Translations under genes and position numbers: made by a program
Shown: positions 39,877 to 51,710 of the stretch, one piece after another
How positions within the stretch are numbered: position 1 is the first letter of the stretch
Layout: every line of letters starts with the position of its first letter
Notes under the pieces: model-generated
What the model was told of the DNA's origin: nothing
What the model saw: the letters and a program-made list of their open reading frames with translations, nothing else
Databases searched by the model: none
Assembly (NCBI RefSeq): GCF_006345805.1
Contig: NC_043004.1
Coordinates: 57,908,001-57,972,000 of the forward strand
Length of the DNA stretch: 64,000 nucleotides
Direction of reading: 5' to 3'
From: Octopus sinensis
Lineage: Eukaryota

Positions 39877-40103
39877 AACTTGTATTGTATTCCTGGTTTT
39901 TATGTGCTAAGCCACTTGGTGTTAAATTGATGGTATTATTAAATTAATATCAAATTATTTCACCCTCATTTATAAATCATACACACACACACACACAAAG
40001 CCTAATGTACACATTCAGTGATGTTCTACATAGTGCTGATAACTTAACGGCTGCTATTTCTAGCAATGATCGTATTTCGTGTACATTCGCTTTGTATTTA
40101 TAA

Positions 40104-40484
40104 CTAGCAGTATCGCCCGGCGTTGCTCGGGTTTTTTTCGACCCATTAGAATTGGAATTTTTGAAAAGTAAAAATTTTGCATTATGTCGCTTGTTATTCT
40201 CTTTAAGCTCTGTTTGAAATACACCGAAAAATGGCGCCACGGCAGTCAAAAAATCGTGAAAAATAGGGAATTTCATAGAAAAAAAGCGCCTTTTTGATGT
40301 AAATAATTTTTGGCCTTAACATGGTCCGATTTGAATTTTATCTTCTAGGGAATGAAGAGCAAGCCTTCTTCTATCATACCCTCAATTTTGCTCAACTTGC
40401 TTCGCAGTGTCTCGGAGGAGATAGTGTTAGTTGAAGGCTACCAAACCTGCCACAAACAGACAACTTCAGCTTTATATATATAGA
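40104..40484 (-). mobile_element. Non-autonomous Helitron, same termini but different interior
   Basis: A|CTAGCAGTATCGCCCGGCGTTGCTCGGG ... CAACTTCAGCTTTATATATATAGA|T; middle unrelated to the 8629-type copies. Confidence 0.85.
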
Positions 40485-40540
40485 TTATGCCTTTTATGGT
40501 GTTTTATGCTTACTGGATAGTAATATTATTATTTTTATTA

Positions 40541-40572
<32 letters not shown>

Positions 40573-41149
40573 TGTGTGTGTGTGTGTGTAGCGACGTAAA
40601 ACACATGTACATGTGTGTGTTTCTCGCATCGATGTGGCTGTCTGTCTCTGTCTATTTGTCTGTCTGTACGTATTAAGCGTCTATGTGCATACAACTTTAA
40701 CCTTATCAGGCACGGTAGCTTAAGTTTTAAGCATATTGATTGAAAATGCTTACTCTTTAAAGATAACTGATAGTTTTGAAAGCAGACAGACCACATAAGC
40801 AAAACATACTTATATTCACTTATATACTTTATATTTATATATATGTATGTGTGTGTGTTGTGTGTGTGTGTGTGTGTGTGTGTGTGCATGTATTATTCCT
40901 GCAAAGATTATCAGCTCTTTCTTATAGAGTAAGCATTCTTCTCTCGTGCAGTCAACATATTCTCAGACCTATCATACTCGATAAGATTACATAAATACAT
41001 GTTTACGCACAGACCGACAGACAACCAGACATATAAACATATAAAAGCATATGTATATGGATGTATATCTGTATGTATATCTATATAAGTATATAATATT
41101 CATATATCTATATGTATTATGTGTGTGTGTGTATAAATATATATATACA

Positions 41150-41548
41150 CTAGCAGTATCGCCCGGCGTTGCTCGGGTTTGTAAGGGAAATAACTATATA
41201 AGCATTTTTAGAGAGTTATAGCCAAAAATAGCAAAAAAATGCATTCAAAATGGAAAAAAAATTATGGTAATTTTTTTTTTAATTGTTGACTCATCGTAGA
41301 CATTTTTAGAGAGTTATTTCCCTAATATAATCGCGAAAAAATGCATTAAAATGGAAAAAAATGATGGTAATTTTTTTTTTAATCGTAGACTCATCGTAGA
41401 CGCGTGCTAATACCCAGAAGGGCTCGATATGAATCACGACTATAAGATACCCGGTTTTGGTTAAACTGCACCGCAAAATGTGGGAGTAGTTAGGAATCTA
41501 AATCGTAGGAGACAGACAGCACACAGACCTCACTTTTATATATAAAGA
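41150..41548 (-). mobile_element. Non-autonomous Helitron
   Basis: Same family as 8629 and 18278. Confidence 0.9.
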
Positions 41549-42402
41549 TATATGATCTGATCAGTAATTATCGGGATTGTTGCTATAGTAACGAACCAAA
41601 AGCATGGAGAGTGAAGCCGCTTGGCACAGATTGATCTTGAACTCTTCTCTGCATGCGCACTAGGTTTAACGCCCTAGCTCACTTCCACTGTTTACAAAAG
41701 TGCTTGGAAGGAAGGTGTGTAGTGTGCGATCGTCGCATTGAACATGACAGAGGACATTGATCAGAGAATCTCCATCAATTTTTGCCAAAACCTTGGCGAT
41801 ACCTGCTCAGAGGCCTACGAAAAGTTTTCGAAATGTTTTCATCGTTCTCAACCCAATAAAGGAGACCCAAGTGTCATTTTGGCCAGCTGAAAGTAGTTTT
41901 GGCACAAACTTGGCAAACACGCGTCTCTAAGCTAAATCTTCAGTGATAATGGACTGAACTACATCTTAACTAATCTGCACATCCTCTGATAACTCACGAA
42001 TGGTCATCCGACGATTTCCCTCACAGCTGCACGCACATTTGCGATGTTTTTCTCAGTTCTGCCGATTGCGGGTCTTCCAGAATGTTCGGCAATATCGACA
42101 TTTTTTCGCCATACTTTTATGTGCGACTCGTATACTCCCCTCCATACATGTTCTGCCACTTTGCGCAGGCCTCGGAGCAGGTATCGCCACAACAACTTTG
42201 TCATAGTCAATGTGACGTTCACACGCTACACACCTTCCTTCCAAGCACTGTTGTGAACAGCGGGAGTGAGTTAGAACATTAAAACTTAGTACGCATGCAC
42301 AGCAGAGTTCAAGGTTAGTCTGAGCCAAACGGCTTTACCCAGCGTGTTTTAGCTTCGTTACTATAGCAACAGTCCAGATATTTATTGATCAGACCATGTG
42401 TA
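41549..42402. mobile_element. Mariner-derived element made of two inverted 5' halves
   Basis: Left arm (+) MTEDIDQRISINFCQNLGDTCSEAYEK. Right arm (-) AEHSGRPAIGRTEKNIANVRAAVRE..RMTIRELSEDVQIS..SIITEDL..RVFAKFVPKLL. Both start with TIR-like TG.TCTGATCA.TAA.TATC.GGA.TGTTGCTATAGTAACGAA. Confidence 0.8.
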
Positions 42403-42484
42403 TAAAAAGATATATTCATATATTGATATACATGTACGTATATATGTATAAATATGTATGTATAACTATGTATGTGTATGTATG

Positions 42485-42718
42485 TTCTTTCTTTTATTCT
42501 TTTATTCTTTTACTTGTTTCAGTCATTTGACTACGGCCATGCTGGAGCACCGCCTTTAATCGAGCAACTCGACCCCGGGACTTATTCTTTTGTAAACCCA
42601 GTACTTATTCTATCGGTCTCTTTTGCCGAACCGCTAAGTAACGGGGACATAAACACACCAGCATCGGTTGTCAAGCAATGCTAGGGGGACAAACACACTC
42701 ACACAAACACACACACGC

Positions 42719-42751
<33 letters not shown>

Positions 42752-42944
42752 TATATATATATATATATATATACATACATATATACGACGGGCTTCTTTC
42801 AGTTTCCGTCTACCAAATCCACTCACAAGGCTTTGGTCGGCCCGAGGCTATAGTAGAAGACACTTGCCCAAGGTGCCACGCAGTGGGACTGAACCTGGAA
42901 CCATGTGGCTGGTAGACAAGCTACTTACCACACAGCCACTCCTG
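42485..42944 (-). mobile_element. SINE family A
   Basis: Reverse complement of the family A consensus. Confidence 0.9.
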
Positions 42945-43266
42945 TATGTATATAGGTATCACACTTCGCCGTTTTGAAAAGATATAGGACAGACACATCC
43001 GTATTGCTTTGGTAAATCAGAGTTGCCAGAGTTACACAGCTACAACAGCATTATTCCTATTCTCCAGTTAAATTTTTCATCGTTTTTGTTTCATATTGTG
43101 AGACATCATCAGCGTGTAACCCTACAACTATTAGCATCAATTTATTCTTTTCCATGTAATCCATATTATTGAAAATTACATGTTAAATAAATGCAAATAT
43201 GATATGAAAATATCGGCATCCCCAAAATGTAATGATATTATGTGTTTGCGTATTTATATATGTACA

Positions 43267-43313
<47 letters not shown>

Positions 43314-43394
43314 GAGGGCATTATACATACATGCCAGGAGGCATTCTACATACACGCCATACGCTAAGAGGGACAATCAGTCTTCTACCATTTC

Positions 43395-43428
<34 letters not shown>

Positions 43429-44293
43429 ATATAACAATACATTTTTGAGATATGAATATTTGGTATACAGTATACATATAAAGTACGTGACAACTTGCAG
43501 TAACTTTACCCAAGTATCTTTCTTCGAGTGTCTTAAATGTTACAAAATGCTGTACATAAAATATATTACATATAATTATATATGTGTTTGCTGTATAATA
43601 TATAAAATATGCTTATAAACATATATATATATATAATTATTATTATTATTATTTTTTTTTTTTTTTCTTCAAATTTTCTTCCGTTTCTCGCCGAGTGTTT
43701 TCCGTACACCTAGGGCAGAGAAGCTCATTGTATGCTTTATTATTATTATTATTAGTAGTAGTAGTAGTAGTAGTAGTACCCAGGAATTAGTATTAATACC
43801 AAAAGTAATTATTATATCGGCTTAGCATGAATGCCTGTTTAGAACACCGAATACTGTGTTTTGGCATTGAGAGATCTCCTCATATAGGACCTTGGTGCAT
43901 ATAAACACACACATAGATCGTAGCAGACTGAATTCACCTGACGCGGGCGCCAGAATTCTCATATCACGTGATTTCGATCTATTGGACTTAATCAGAGGGA
44001 AGCACCGCATGCCAGTCAGATCTTATTCCTATCATATGTAGGATATCAGCTTTTTTTTTTTTCAGATACTGATGTCGCAAATAGCCGGCAGACTTATTAA
44101 AAGTTAATTATTAGCAACGAAAGCATTATTAATGCCAAAAGTTAATTATAATGACCGGTCTTATTCGATTTTTGACGCTTGCTGAAATCTAATCATAGGT
44201 GTCTACGTCATCGAATAATCCCAGAAAAACAAGTTTCCAAGCAGTAGCTTCAAAAAACTGGAGCTACAAATTTGCATACTATAAATTATTAAC

Positions 44294-44609
44294 GTGGAAG
44301 CGCTAGTTGTTAGGGCAGCGGACTCGCGGTCGGAGGATGGCGGTTTCGATTCCCAGACCGGGCGCTGTGTGTGTTTATTGAGCGAAAATACCTAAAGCTC
44401 CACAAGGCTACGGCAGGGGTGGTGGCGACCTCTGTTGTACTCTTTCGCCCCAACTTTCTCTTTCTCTCACTCTTTCTTCCTGTTTCTTGAGTAACGTTGC
44501 GATGGACTGGCGTCCCGTCCTGCTGGGGTGAACACATACGCCACAGAAACCGGGAAAACAGGCCCATGAACCTGGATAGGCTGAAAAGGGCGCATAGATA
44601 AATAAATAA
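44294..44609 (+). mobile_element. SINE, head B + tail Y
   Basis: TAGGGCAGCGGACTCGCGG...TTGAGTAACGTTGCGATGGACTGG...AAAAGGGCGC; (TAAA)n tail; TSD-like ATAAATTATTA. Confidence 0.88.
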
Positions 44610-44645
44610 ATAAATTATTATCACTCTATTTAATAGAGAGGCCTG

Positions 44646-45060
44646 TAAGACGGTGAGCTGGTAGAATCGTTAGCATGTCGAGCTTAGCGGCATTTCGTTC
44701 TTCTTTCAGTTTTGTGTTCAAATTCCGTCGAAGTTGACTTTGCTTTTCTCAGGGTAGATAAAATTAGTACCGGTCAAGCTTTGGGTCGATATAATTGACT
44801 GAGCTCCTTCCCTTGAAATTGTTGCCTTGTGCCAAAATTTGAAACCAATTTTAGAGGCTTGTAGGCCGGCGACCTGGCGGAATCATTACTGTACCGGAAA
44901 AACTACTTATCGGGCATTTCATCCGACTTTACGTTCTGAGATCAAATGCCACTGAAGTCGACTTTGTCTCTAATCCTTTCGCAGTCGATAAAATGAGTGC
45001 TAGTTGAGCACTGGGGTCAAGTTGCTGGCCTTGAGCCAAAATTTGAAACCAATGTTAGAA
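44646..45060 (+). mobile_element. Two decayed family C SINEs
   Basis: GTGAGCTGGTAGAATCGTTAGC..GTTGACTTTGC and GACCTGGCGGAATC..GTCGACTTTG..GATAAAATGAGT. Confidence 0.75.
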
Positions 45061-45971
45061 GCCTGTCAATGAGTGACCCAGTGCACACAGAATCAAGCTA
45101 TGATATATGTAAACCTATCTAGTTGACACACAGATATGCCCAATCAATCTTTATATCCGTAGATTGAAAAAAGATCACCTGACTTTTATCGCACGGTTGC
45201 ACATATAGTACTCTAGGAGGACAGACTTGAGATGTTTCACCATTTATGGAAGTCAGATACTAGGGTTTTATAGATGTGATTCTTGTCAAAAATGACTGGC
45301 AACTTTATTCCTCACTGAAGTTGGCTGCCGCGGTTCCCTCACACGTTCAGTGCGCTACTTTTTTCAGAACACAACTTTGAACAGTGGAAGCTGAAGAAAG
45401 CCGTTTAGAAGATACATATGACAGTTCAAATCAGCTCAAGCTGTGTGCGGCTGAGAAGAGACATTAGATATAAAAATCTTTCTGCAGGCAAAAAACTAAT
45501 TCAGTTCAGCCTTTGTAGCCACACTCGAAGAAGAAAAAACGTAGCAGCTAAGGGGTGAAATGCCTGTTACTTTGACGAAGATGTTGAAAGTCTAATGCTT
45601 CAAGCGAACTACAACGCTCTTATTTAAAAATAAGGCAGTTTTAGGCAATAGCTCCTGCAATTCCAGCTTGAGGCAAAGCATCTCTCACACTTATTTCAGC
45701 TATACATATACACACGTGCATGCATAAATACTAACAGATATACTTACACACACAGACACACATACGCGCGCGCACATACACACACACATAACCACAGACA
45801 TACACAAATGCACACATACACACGTATATCAACATACACCATATAATTGCGATAAACGATATCGTTACTATAGTATGTTCACGCTGTTGGCGTAATACAG
45901 TCATACCTATACCAAGCACATATATATATAAATACACATATACATAAACTCACACACACGGTCACACATAC

Positions 45972-46023
<52 letters not shown>

Positions 46024-46196
46024 AAAATGGCGTAAAAACTTCTGGCAGATATCGAGGAAGCACTCAATATAACGGAATAAGGTTAAATTTCCAACAATCA
46101 GATACCAGTAATGATTATCTTCGGGCATATTATTGTGATGTATGTATATATGTATGTATATATGTATGTATGTATGTATGTATAGATAGATAGATA

Positions 46197-46253
<57 letters not shown>

Positions 46254-47009
46254 AAGAAAGGCAGACACACAACACCGCTACCACCAGCCACACAAACACA
46301 CGTTCATGTTCTTGACACGAAAATCTTAGACGAGAAAGACAAAGTATAATTAATATTCAATACGTAACAGAATTAGATGTTTCAAACATTTATGTCTTTT
46401 ATACTTAATTGAAGCTCTCGCATCTTTCAAATGTAAAACAGTAATTAATAATGAAGGTAATTTAGATCGGTAGACAAGTTCGCCTTTAAATATTTTAGTC
46501 GTGGCTTTGTTACTATTAATCTTCAATAATTCTTTGGTGACTTTGTGAGCTACCTATTTTCTTGCTGGCAAAATTGATTGAGTTGCCTTGAGATACTATT
46601 CAGCAATTTACACACATTTGAACACACAAAGAAACACAGGTATGTATGTAACCTATAAAGTAGATATATAAACAGGGTAAATTTAACTATTTCTCATTAG
46701 ATGGGAGAAAAAAACCATGAGCAGTGTTAATCGAGTTTATAATCTTATGGGTTCTCATCAATGGTATCAACATCATCTTGTGAAAAACCGGGAGATAGGC
46801 AGCTAATCTGTTTATATACTCAACAAACCCAGTAGCTACAGAGAAATGGAATTACTAATTTGCATATCGTAAGTGTTAAACACTTTAATACCAGAAACCC
46901 GTCAACGGAGATCTCAATATCAGGGTATTACGTAATATATCCAACCGGTGTAATATATATCTATATATGTAATATATATTTATCTATATGTAATATATAT
47001 CTAACCTGT

Positions 47010-47372
47010 CGAAAACAATTGCAGCGTGGAAGGTGTTTGTAAGCCATTTAAGAAACACACAAAAGCCGTTCGATTCACTTCAACATTTAAGTTTAATTTG
47101 TCAAAATATTTTCGTCACTAAAATCCGCGACCTGTTCACTGACAAAAATCCGTGCTGCATCTGTGATGCAGCACGGATTTTTGTCAGTGAAGAGGTCGCG
47201 TTCTTATAGCGACGAAAATATTTTGACAAATTAAACTTAAATGCTGAAGTGAATCGAACGGCTTTTGTGTGTTTCTTAAATGGCTTACAAACACCTTCCA
47301 CGCTGCAATTGTTTTCGTTTCAGCACACGATCTCAGATCAAATTACTTGCTATGCGAGTACATCTCCGTAAT
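47010..47372. mobile_element. Asymmetric palindromic element (about 152-bp arms, 3-nt loop, about 55-bp right extension)
   Basis: CGAAAACAATTGCAGCGTGG...GCTGCATC-TGT-GATGCAGC...CCACGCTGCAATTGTTTTCG; flanked by ATATCTAACCTG direct repeats. Confidence 0.88.
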
Positions 47373-47547
47373 ATCTAACCTGTGTAATATATCTAACCTG
47401 CGATAGACAAACAGAGCAAACTAAACTGTATCTCCGTAGACTGAAAAAAAATGGTGAGCATTTTCGGACCTTATTGGGTTCTAGTCAGAGGTGTTTACAT
47501 ACACACATGCACACACATTCAGAGAAACGCACGCACACACACGCACA

Positions 47548-47590
<43 letters not shown>

Positions 47591-47969
47591 ACGCAAACAA
47601 ACACACACACTCACACTCACAGTTTTATTCAGTTTTATTATTATTTTATATCAGTTTGATATAAAATATATGACATGTTTGTGGACGTGAGAGATGAGAA
47701 ATCTTCACCTGGAGAAGTGACATCCTATCGTTGATAGCTTGTTCCATTGATCTATCACGAAATATCTTTCAGAAAGCTAGGGATAACACTGAATGTAGAA
47801 TTCAGCTTATAGTTCAGAGAAGTAACGATACGCATCTTGTGAATTTGAATACAACACGTTGGTTTTCTTATTCCAATATGATATAACAAACGTGTGTGCG
47901 TGTGCGCGCAAGCGTGCGTACATGTGTGCTTACGTTTGTGTTTGCGTGGCAGTGTGGTAAGAGGTTCAC

Positions 47970-48415
47970 CGATGCTTCCTAGGGCTATACAGCGGTGGTG
48001 TACCCCCTACTGTCACGTTCTTGTTAGATTGACAGTATACAACCATTCTATCGCCCCACCACCGTACATGTCTCTACGAGAGATTTAGAAATTCAATATT
48101 TCTTATTTTGATAATCAGTGAATAGACTTCACTGAGTTTACATATATACAATTACGAAGTCGAGGCAAATATCACCAGCTGACCGGTGTCTGCTACTCTA
48201 GGCCGATGAAGGACAACGATCCTGAAACACGTGTCCCTAGATGCAGTTCCGGCGGCCGGGGGTGTTTGTCTCCCCTTCGTATATGTATATAAGGACACAG
48301 GGAAAAAATGTGTCAAAGCTATCAGGAGGCGTTCGATGCTTCCTAGGGCTATACAGCGGTGGTGTACCCCCTACTGTCACGTTCTTGTTAGATTGACAGT
48401 ATACAACCATTCTAT
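47970..48415 (+). mobile_element. Retrozyme-like unit: 364-bp monomer plus 82-bp perfect terminal redundancy, containing a hammerhead ribozyme
   Basis: Identical 82-bp repeats at 47970-48051 and 48334-48415; internal hammerhead at 48197-48241; extensive self-complementarity; no ORF of note. Confidence 0.7.
48197..48241 (+). ncRNA. Type I hammerhead ribozyme (U4C core variant)
   Basis: Stem I TCTAGG/CCTAGA; core CCGATGA (48203-48209); stem II AGGA-CAACGA-TCCT; GAAA (48224-48227); palindromic stem III ACACGTGT; triplet GTC; predicted cleavage after C48235. Confidence 0.8.
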
Positions 48416-48710
48416 ATATATATATAAGGAAAATAAGACAAGGTAGAAAATGCTATAATAATTTAATCATCAAGAACATTTTAGTACCGGTTTCAGACTT
48501 TGCGACATTTTCAACTTTTCAAAGAATGAAAAACAATTAAATTGTGGAATAGTTATTTGCATGGGTATTACTCTAAGGCCGTTGTAGAAGTGTCATTTGT
48601 GGTGGACGCATTCAAAAGCGGATTATACTTTGTGATAAAATATGATTCTGCTAATGCGCTGGTTATAGGTTGCATTTTCTCTGAATTTAAAGAGGGATAT
48701 ATATATATAT

Positions 48711-48894
48711 CCGCATTTTTTCTCTCCTTGTTTCTCTCCGTGTTTCTTTTCTGTGTATCTTTCTGTTGAAGAGAGTAGGCTCGAAACGTAAAAGACTTGT
48801 TTTATTTATATTCCTGAGCGCCGTACTAATACAATTGTTTGTTTGTACTCCACCTGCCTTCGTCTTTTGTTTATTTTCATAAAGCTTCCCGTTA
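48711..48894 (+). mobile_element. Family E repeat with hammerhead-like motif at 48758-48795
   Basis: TCTTT-CTGTTGA-A-GAGA-GTAG-GCTC-GAAAC-GTA-AAAGA. Confidence 0.78.
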
Positions 48895-48910
48895 TATATA
48901 TATATATATA

Positions 48911-49353
48911 TATATACGAAAGAAGGTTTGAAAATGCAATTTAATAGATGTTTATTTACTTAACCGGTTTCACTCTTTGGAAAAAGATTGTCAAAAGTAA
49001 CATAGAATATTATGAATTCAAAAAAGTTTTTTACATAATTGCCACATTACATGTATATATATAGTCTCTGGTAACAGGGACATGTTAAGGGCATAAAGAA
49101 GTTCATCAGTGTGATGAGAATATTTGAAAAAAAGGGGCAGAAAAGAATAAAACAAATATATCATTGGAAGTTTTGGTTGCGTTAATTATTGGTTGTTGCA
49201 AATTGTCACATTACATGTATACAGTCTTTGGTAAAAACTTTTTTGAATTCATAATATTCTATGTTACTTTTGACAATCTTTTTCCAAAGAGTGAAACCGG
49301 TTAAGTAAATAAACATCTTTTAAATTGCATTTTCAAACCTTCTTTCGTATATA
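48911..49353. mobile_element. Inverted-repeat element (about 123-bp arms, about 195-bp spacer); each arm carries a minimal hammerhead-like motif
   Basis: Arms 48911-49034 and 49231-49353. Right arm TTACTT-TTGACAA-TCTTT-TTCC-AAAGA-GT-GAAAC-CG-GTT-AAGTAA (49264-49308). Confidence 0.85.
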
Positions 49354-49386
49354 ATTCCACTCGTGCGATACCCCACAACTCAACTT

Positions 49387-49467
<81 letters not shown>

Positions 49468-49555
49468 TACACATATATACTAATATATATATATGTAAAT
49501 ATGTTTATATATATATGTGAGTGTGTGTATTTATATCTTTGTATATATCTATATC

Positions 49556-49604
<49 letters not shown>

Positions 49605-50029
49605 GATGTAGACATAAACATACACCGATGTATGTATATATACATATAGTTATATATATGTCGATGCGTCTGTGTTTGCTTACATGTTTTGTCAAAGAAT
49701 TCTCCTAATTATCTTATCCCGATATGCTTCGACTGTATTTCATATTATTGTTCGTCCAAATATGCTCTTCTAGCATATTTTACGTGAGGTGAGATAAGAT
49801 AACTAGTTCTAGGGATTTAAATAAAATCACAAAATCTAACTCTCGTGTAAGGTTTAATATTATAGGCCTTCATGGAACGGAATTCACTATTTAAAATGAA
49901 AGTATCGTCTTGGATTCACTGATTCAATGTCTTTTTGTCATGAAATAACATTTCCGTATATTGCGCTTTACGTTTATATGCGTACATCGACATTTATTGT
50001 TAATACAATTTGTTCCCAGCTAGCAGAAT

Positions 50030-50330
50030 TTTTAGCAGTTTGGCAAAATGCCAAATGTTATTCTCCAGCATTCTAGATTCGAATTCCTCTAGGTCAACTT
50101 TACCTTTCATCCTTCCTAAGTCGATAAAATAAAGTACCATTTAAGTATGTAGTCGATAGTATGGACTTACCCTTCCCCCCAAAATCGCTGACTTTTTGCC
50201 ATAATTTGAAACCATAAGGCGTCTAGCTAGCAGAGTTGCACCATTGGAGGCATTTTTCCGACTCCTTACATTCTGTGTTCAAATGACGCCGAGGCGACTT
50301 TGCCTTTCATCCTTTCAAGGTCGAGAAAAT
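50030..50330 (+). mobile_element. Two decayed family C SINE fragments
   Basis: GGTCAACTTTACCTTTCATCC..GTCGATAAAATAAAGTACC and TTCAAATGACGCCGAGGCGACTTTGCCTTTCATCC. Confidence 0.7.
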
Positions 50331-50685
50331 ACTGGTGTTGTTGTAAACAACTTACCACCTCCCAACTCGGTATTCAAACAGGAGCAAACATATACAAATG
50401 CATACACATATACAGGCACCTATATATGCTCACATTCGCAAACACACTTATAGACAAATAAATGTCTCAGTCTGCAGATGCATTACATACATTATAAGTC
50501 TCCGCATCCGCTAAAATCATTCGTAGTAACCAAAAAGCCAAAGAAGGAAAAGAAGAGAATTCATTTATAAAATAATTCGATAAATCATTTTCATAGACCC
50601 ATTTTGCACACCAACACTTCCTCAGCCAAGTTGTTTCGGCATCTACATGTGTGTGTGTGTGTGTGTGTGGTATATTTATTTATAT

Positions 50686-51090
50686 AGGCGCAGGAGTGAC
50701 TGTGTGATAAGTAGCTTGCTAACCAACCACATGGTTCCGGGTTCAGTCCCACTGCGTGGCATCTTGGGCAAGTGTCTTCTACTATAGCCCCAGGCCGACC
50801 AATGCCTTGTGAGTGGATTTGGTAGACGGAAACTGAAAGAAGCCTGTCGTATATATGTATATGTGTGTATGTGTTTGTGTGTGTGTGTTTGTCCCCCTAG
50901 CATTGCTTGACAACCGATGCTGGTGTGTTTACGTCCCCGTCACTTAGCGGTTCGGCAAAAGAGACCGATAGAATAAGTACTGGGCTTACAAAAGAATAAG
51001 TCCCGGGGTCGATTTGCTCGACTAAAGTCGGTGCTCCAGCATGGCCACAGTCAAATGACTGAAACAAGTAAAAGAGTAAAAGAGTCAAAG
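50686..51090 (+). mobile_element. SINE family A, full length
   Basis: GGCGCAGGAGTG...AAAAGAGTAAAAGAG. Confidence 0.92.
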
Positions 51091-51169
51091 AGAGATATAA
51101 ATGTCTCCATATGGTTTTATATACGCGTGTGTTTAACCAAGCTTTGCACAAGTCAACAAATGTCCTGTT

Positions 51170-51710
51170 TGCTGTTTAAATATAAAAATGGATTTTTCTT
51201 AATGAGCTATGAAAGACCGATTCGAAATCCATCACTTAAGAAATGTTACGACGCAGAAATGCATGTGTCCTCGGGTCCGATAGCATCATTCATAGCCTAG
51301 TGGTATCTTTTCACTTCTCCTCGAGGACAAATTCCGCAGTGAAGGTCTTTCCATATCCGAGTGTACACGAACGTGTTAAATATAATTGTAACACTCATAT
51401 TTCAATCAACACTACTTCGTGCGCCTCTAGTTGTATCAAGCTTGTGTATGTTTGGCATACATTGGCAAATGTACCATTTACTGTTTAAAATTAAGAACAC
51501 CTGTTTCTTAGTGGGCTATGAACGACGGATTTCGGTGCCCGTAGCTGATGGAGCATAACGACGCAGAAACACATGAAATCATTCATAATCCATTGATGAG
51601 ATGTCACACACACTGCCTATGGGAATTTTTTCTCTCGAGATAAATTCCACAGCGAAGGTCATTCTGCGTCCATGTGCACACGAACGAGTTAAATAAAGAT
51701 TTACACACAT
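51170..51710. repeat. Two diverged tandem copies, period about 310 bp
   Basis: Shared blocks CTGTTTAAA, TTTCTTA.TG.GCTATGAA, ACGACGCAGAAA, AAATTCC.CAG.GAAGGTC.TT, ACACGAACG.GTTAAATA at offsets 309-313. Confidence 0.75.

Noticed and set aside
17036-48520. Further hammerhead-like fragments near 17038, 23479, 31380, 32330, 35790, 45232 and 48488
   Set aside because: Each lacks an intact core or at least one stem; indistinguishable from chance or terminal decay without a consensus.
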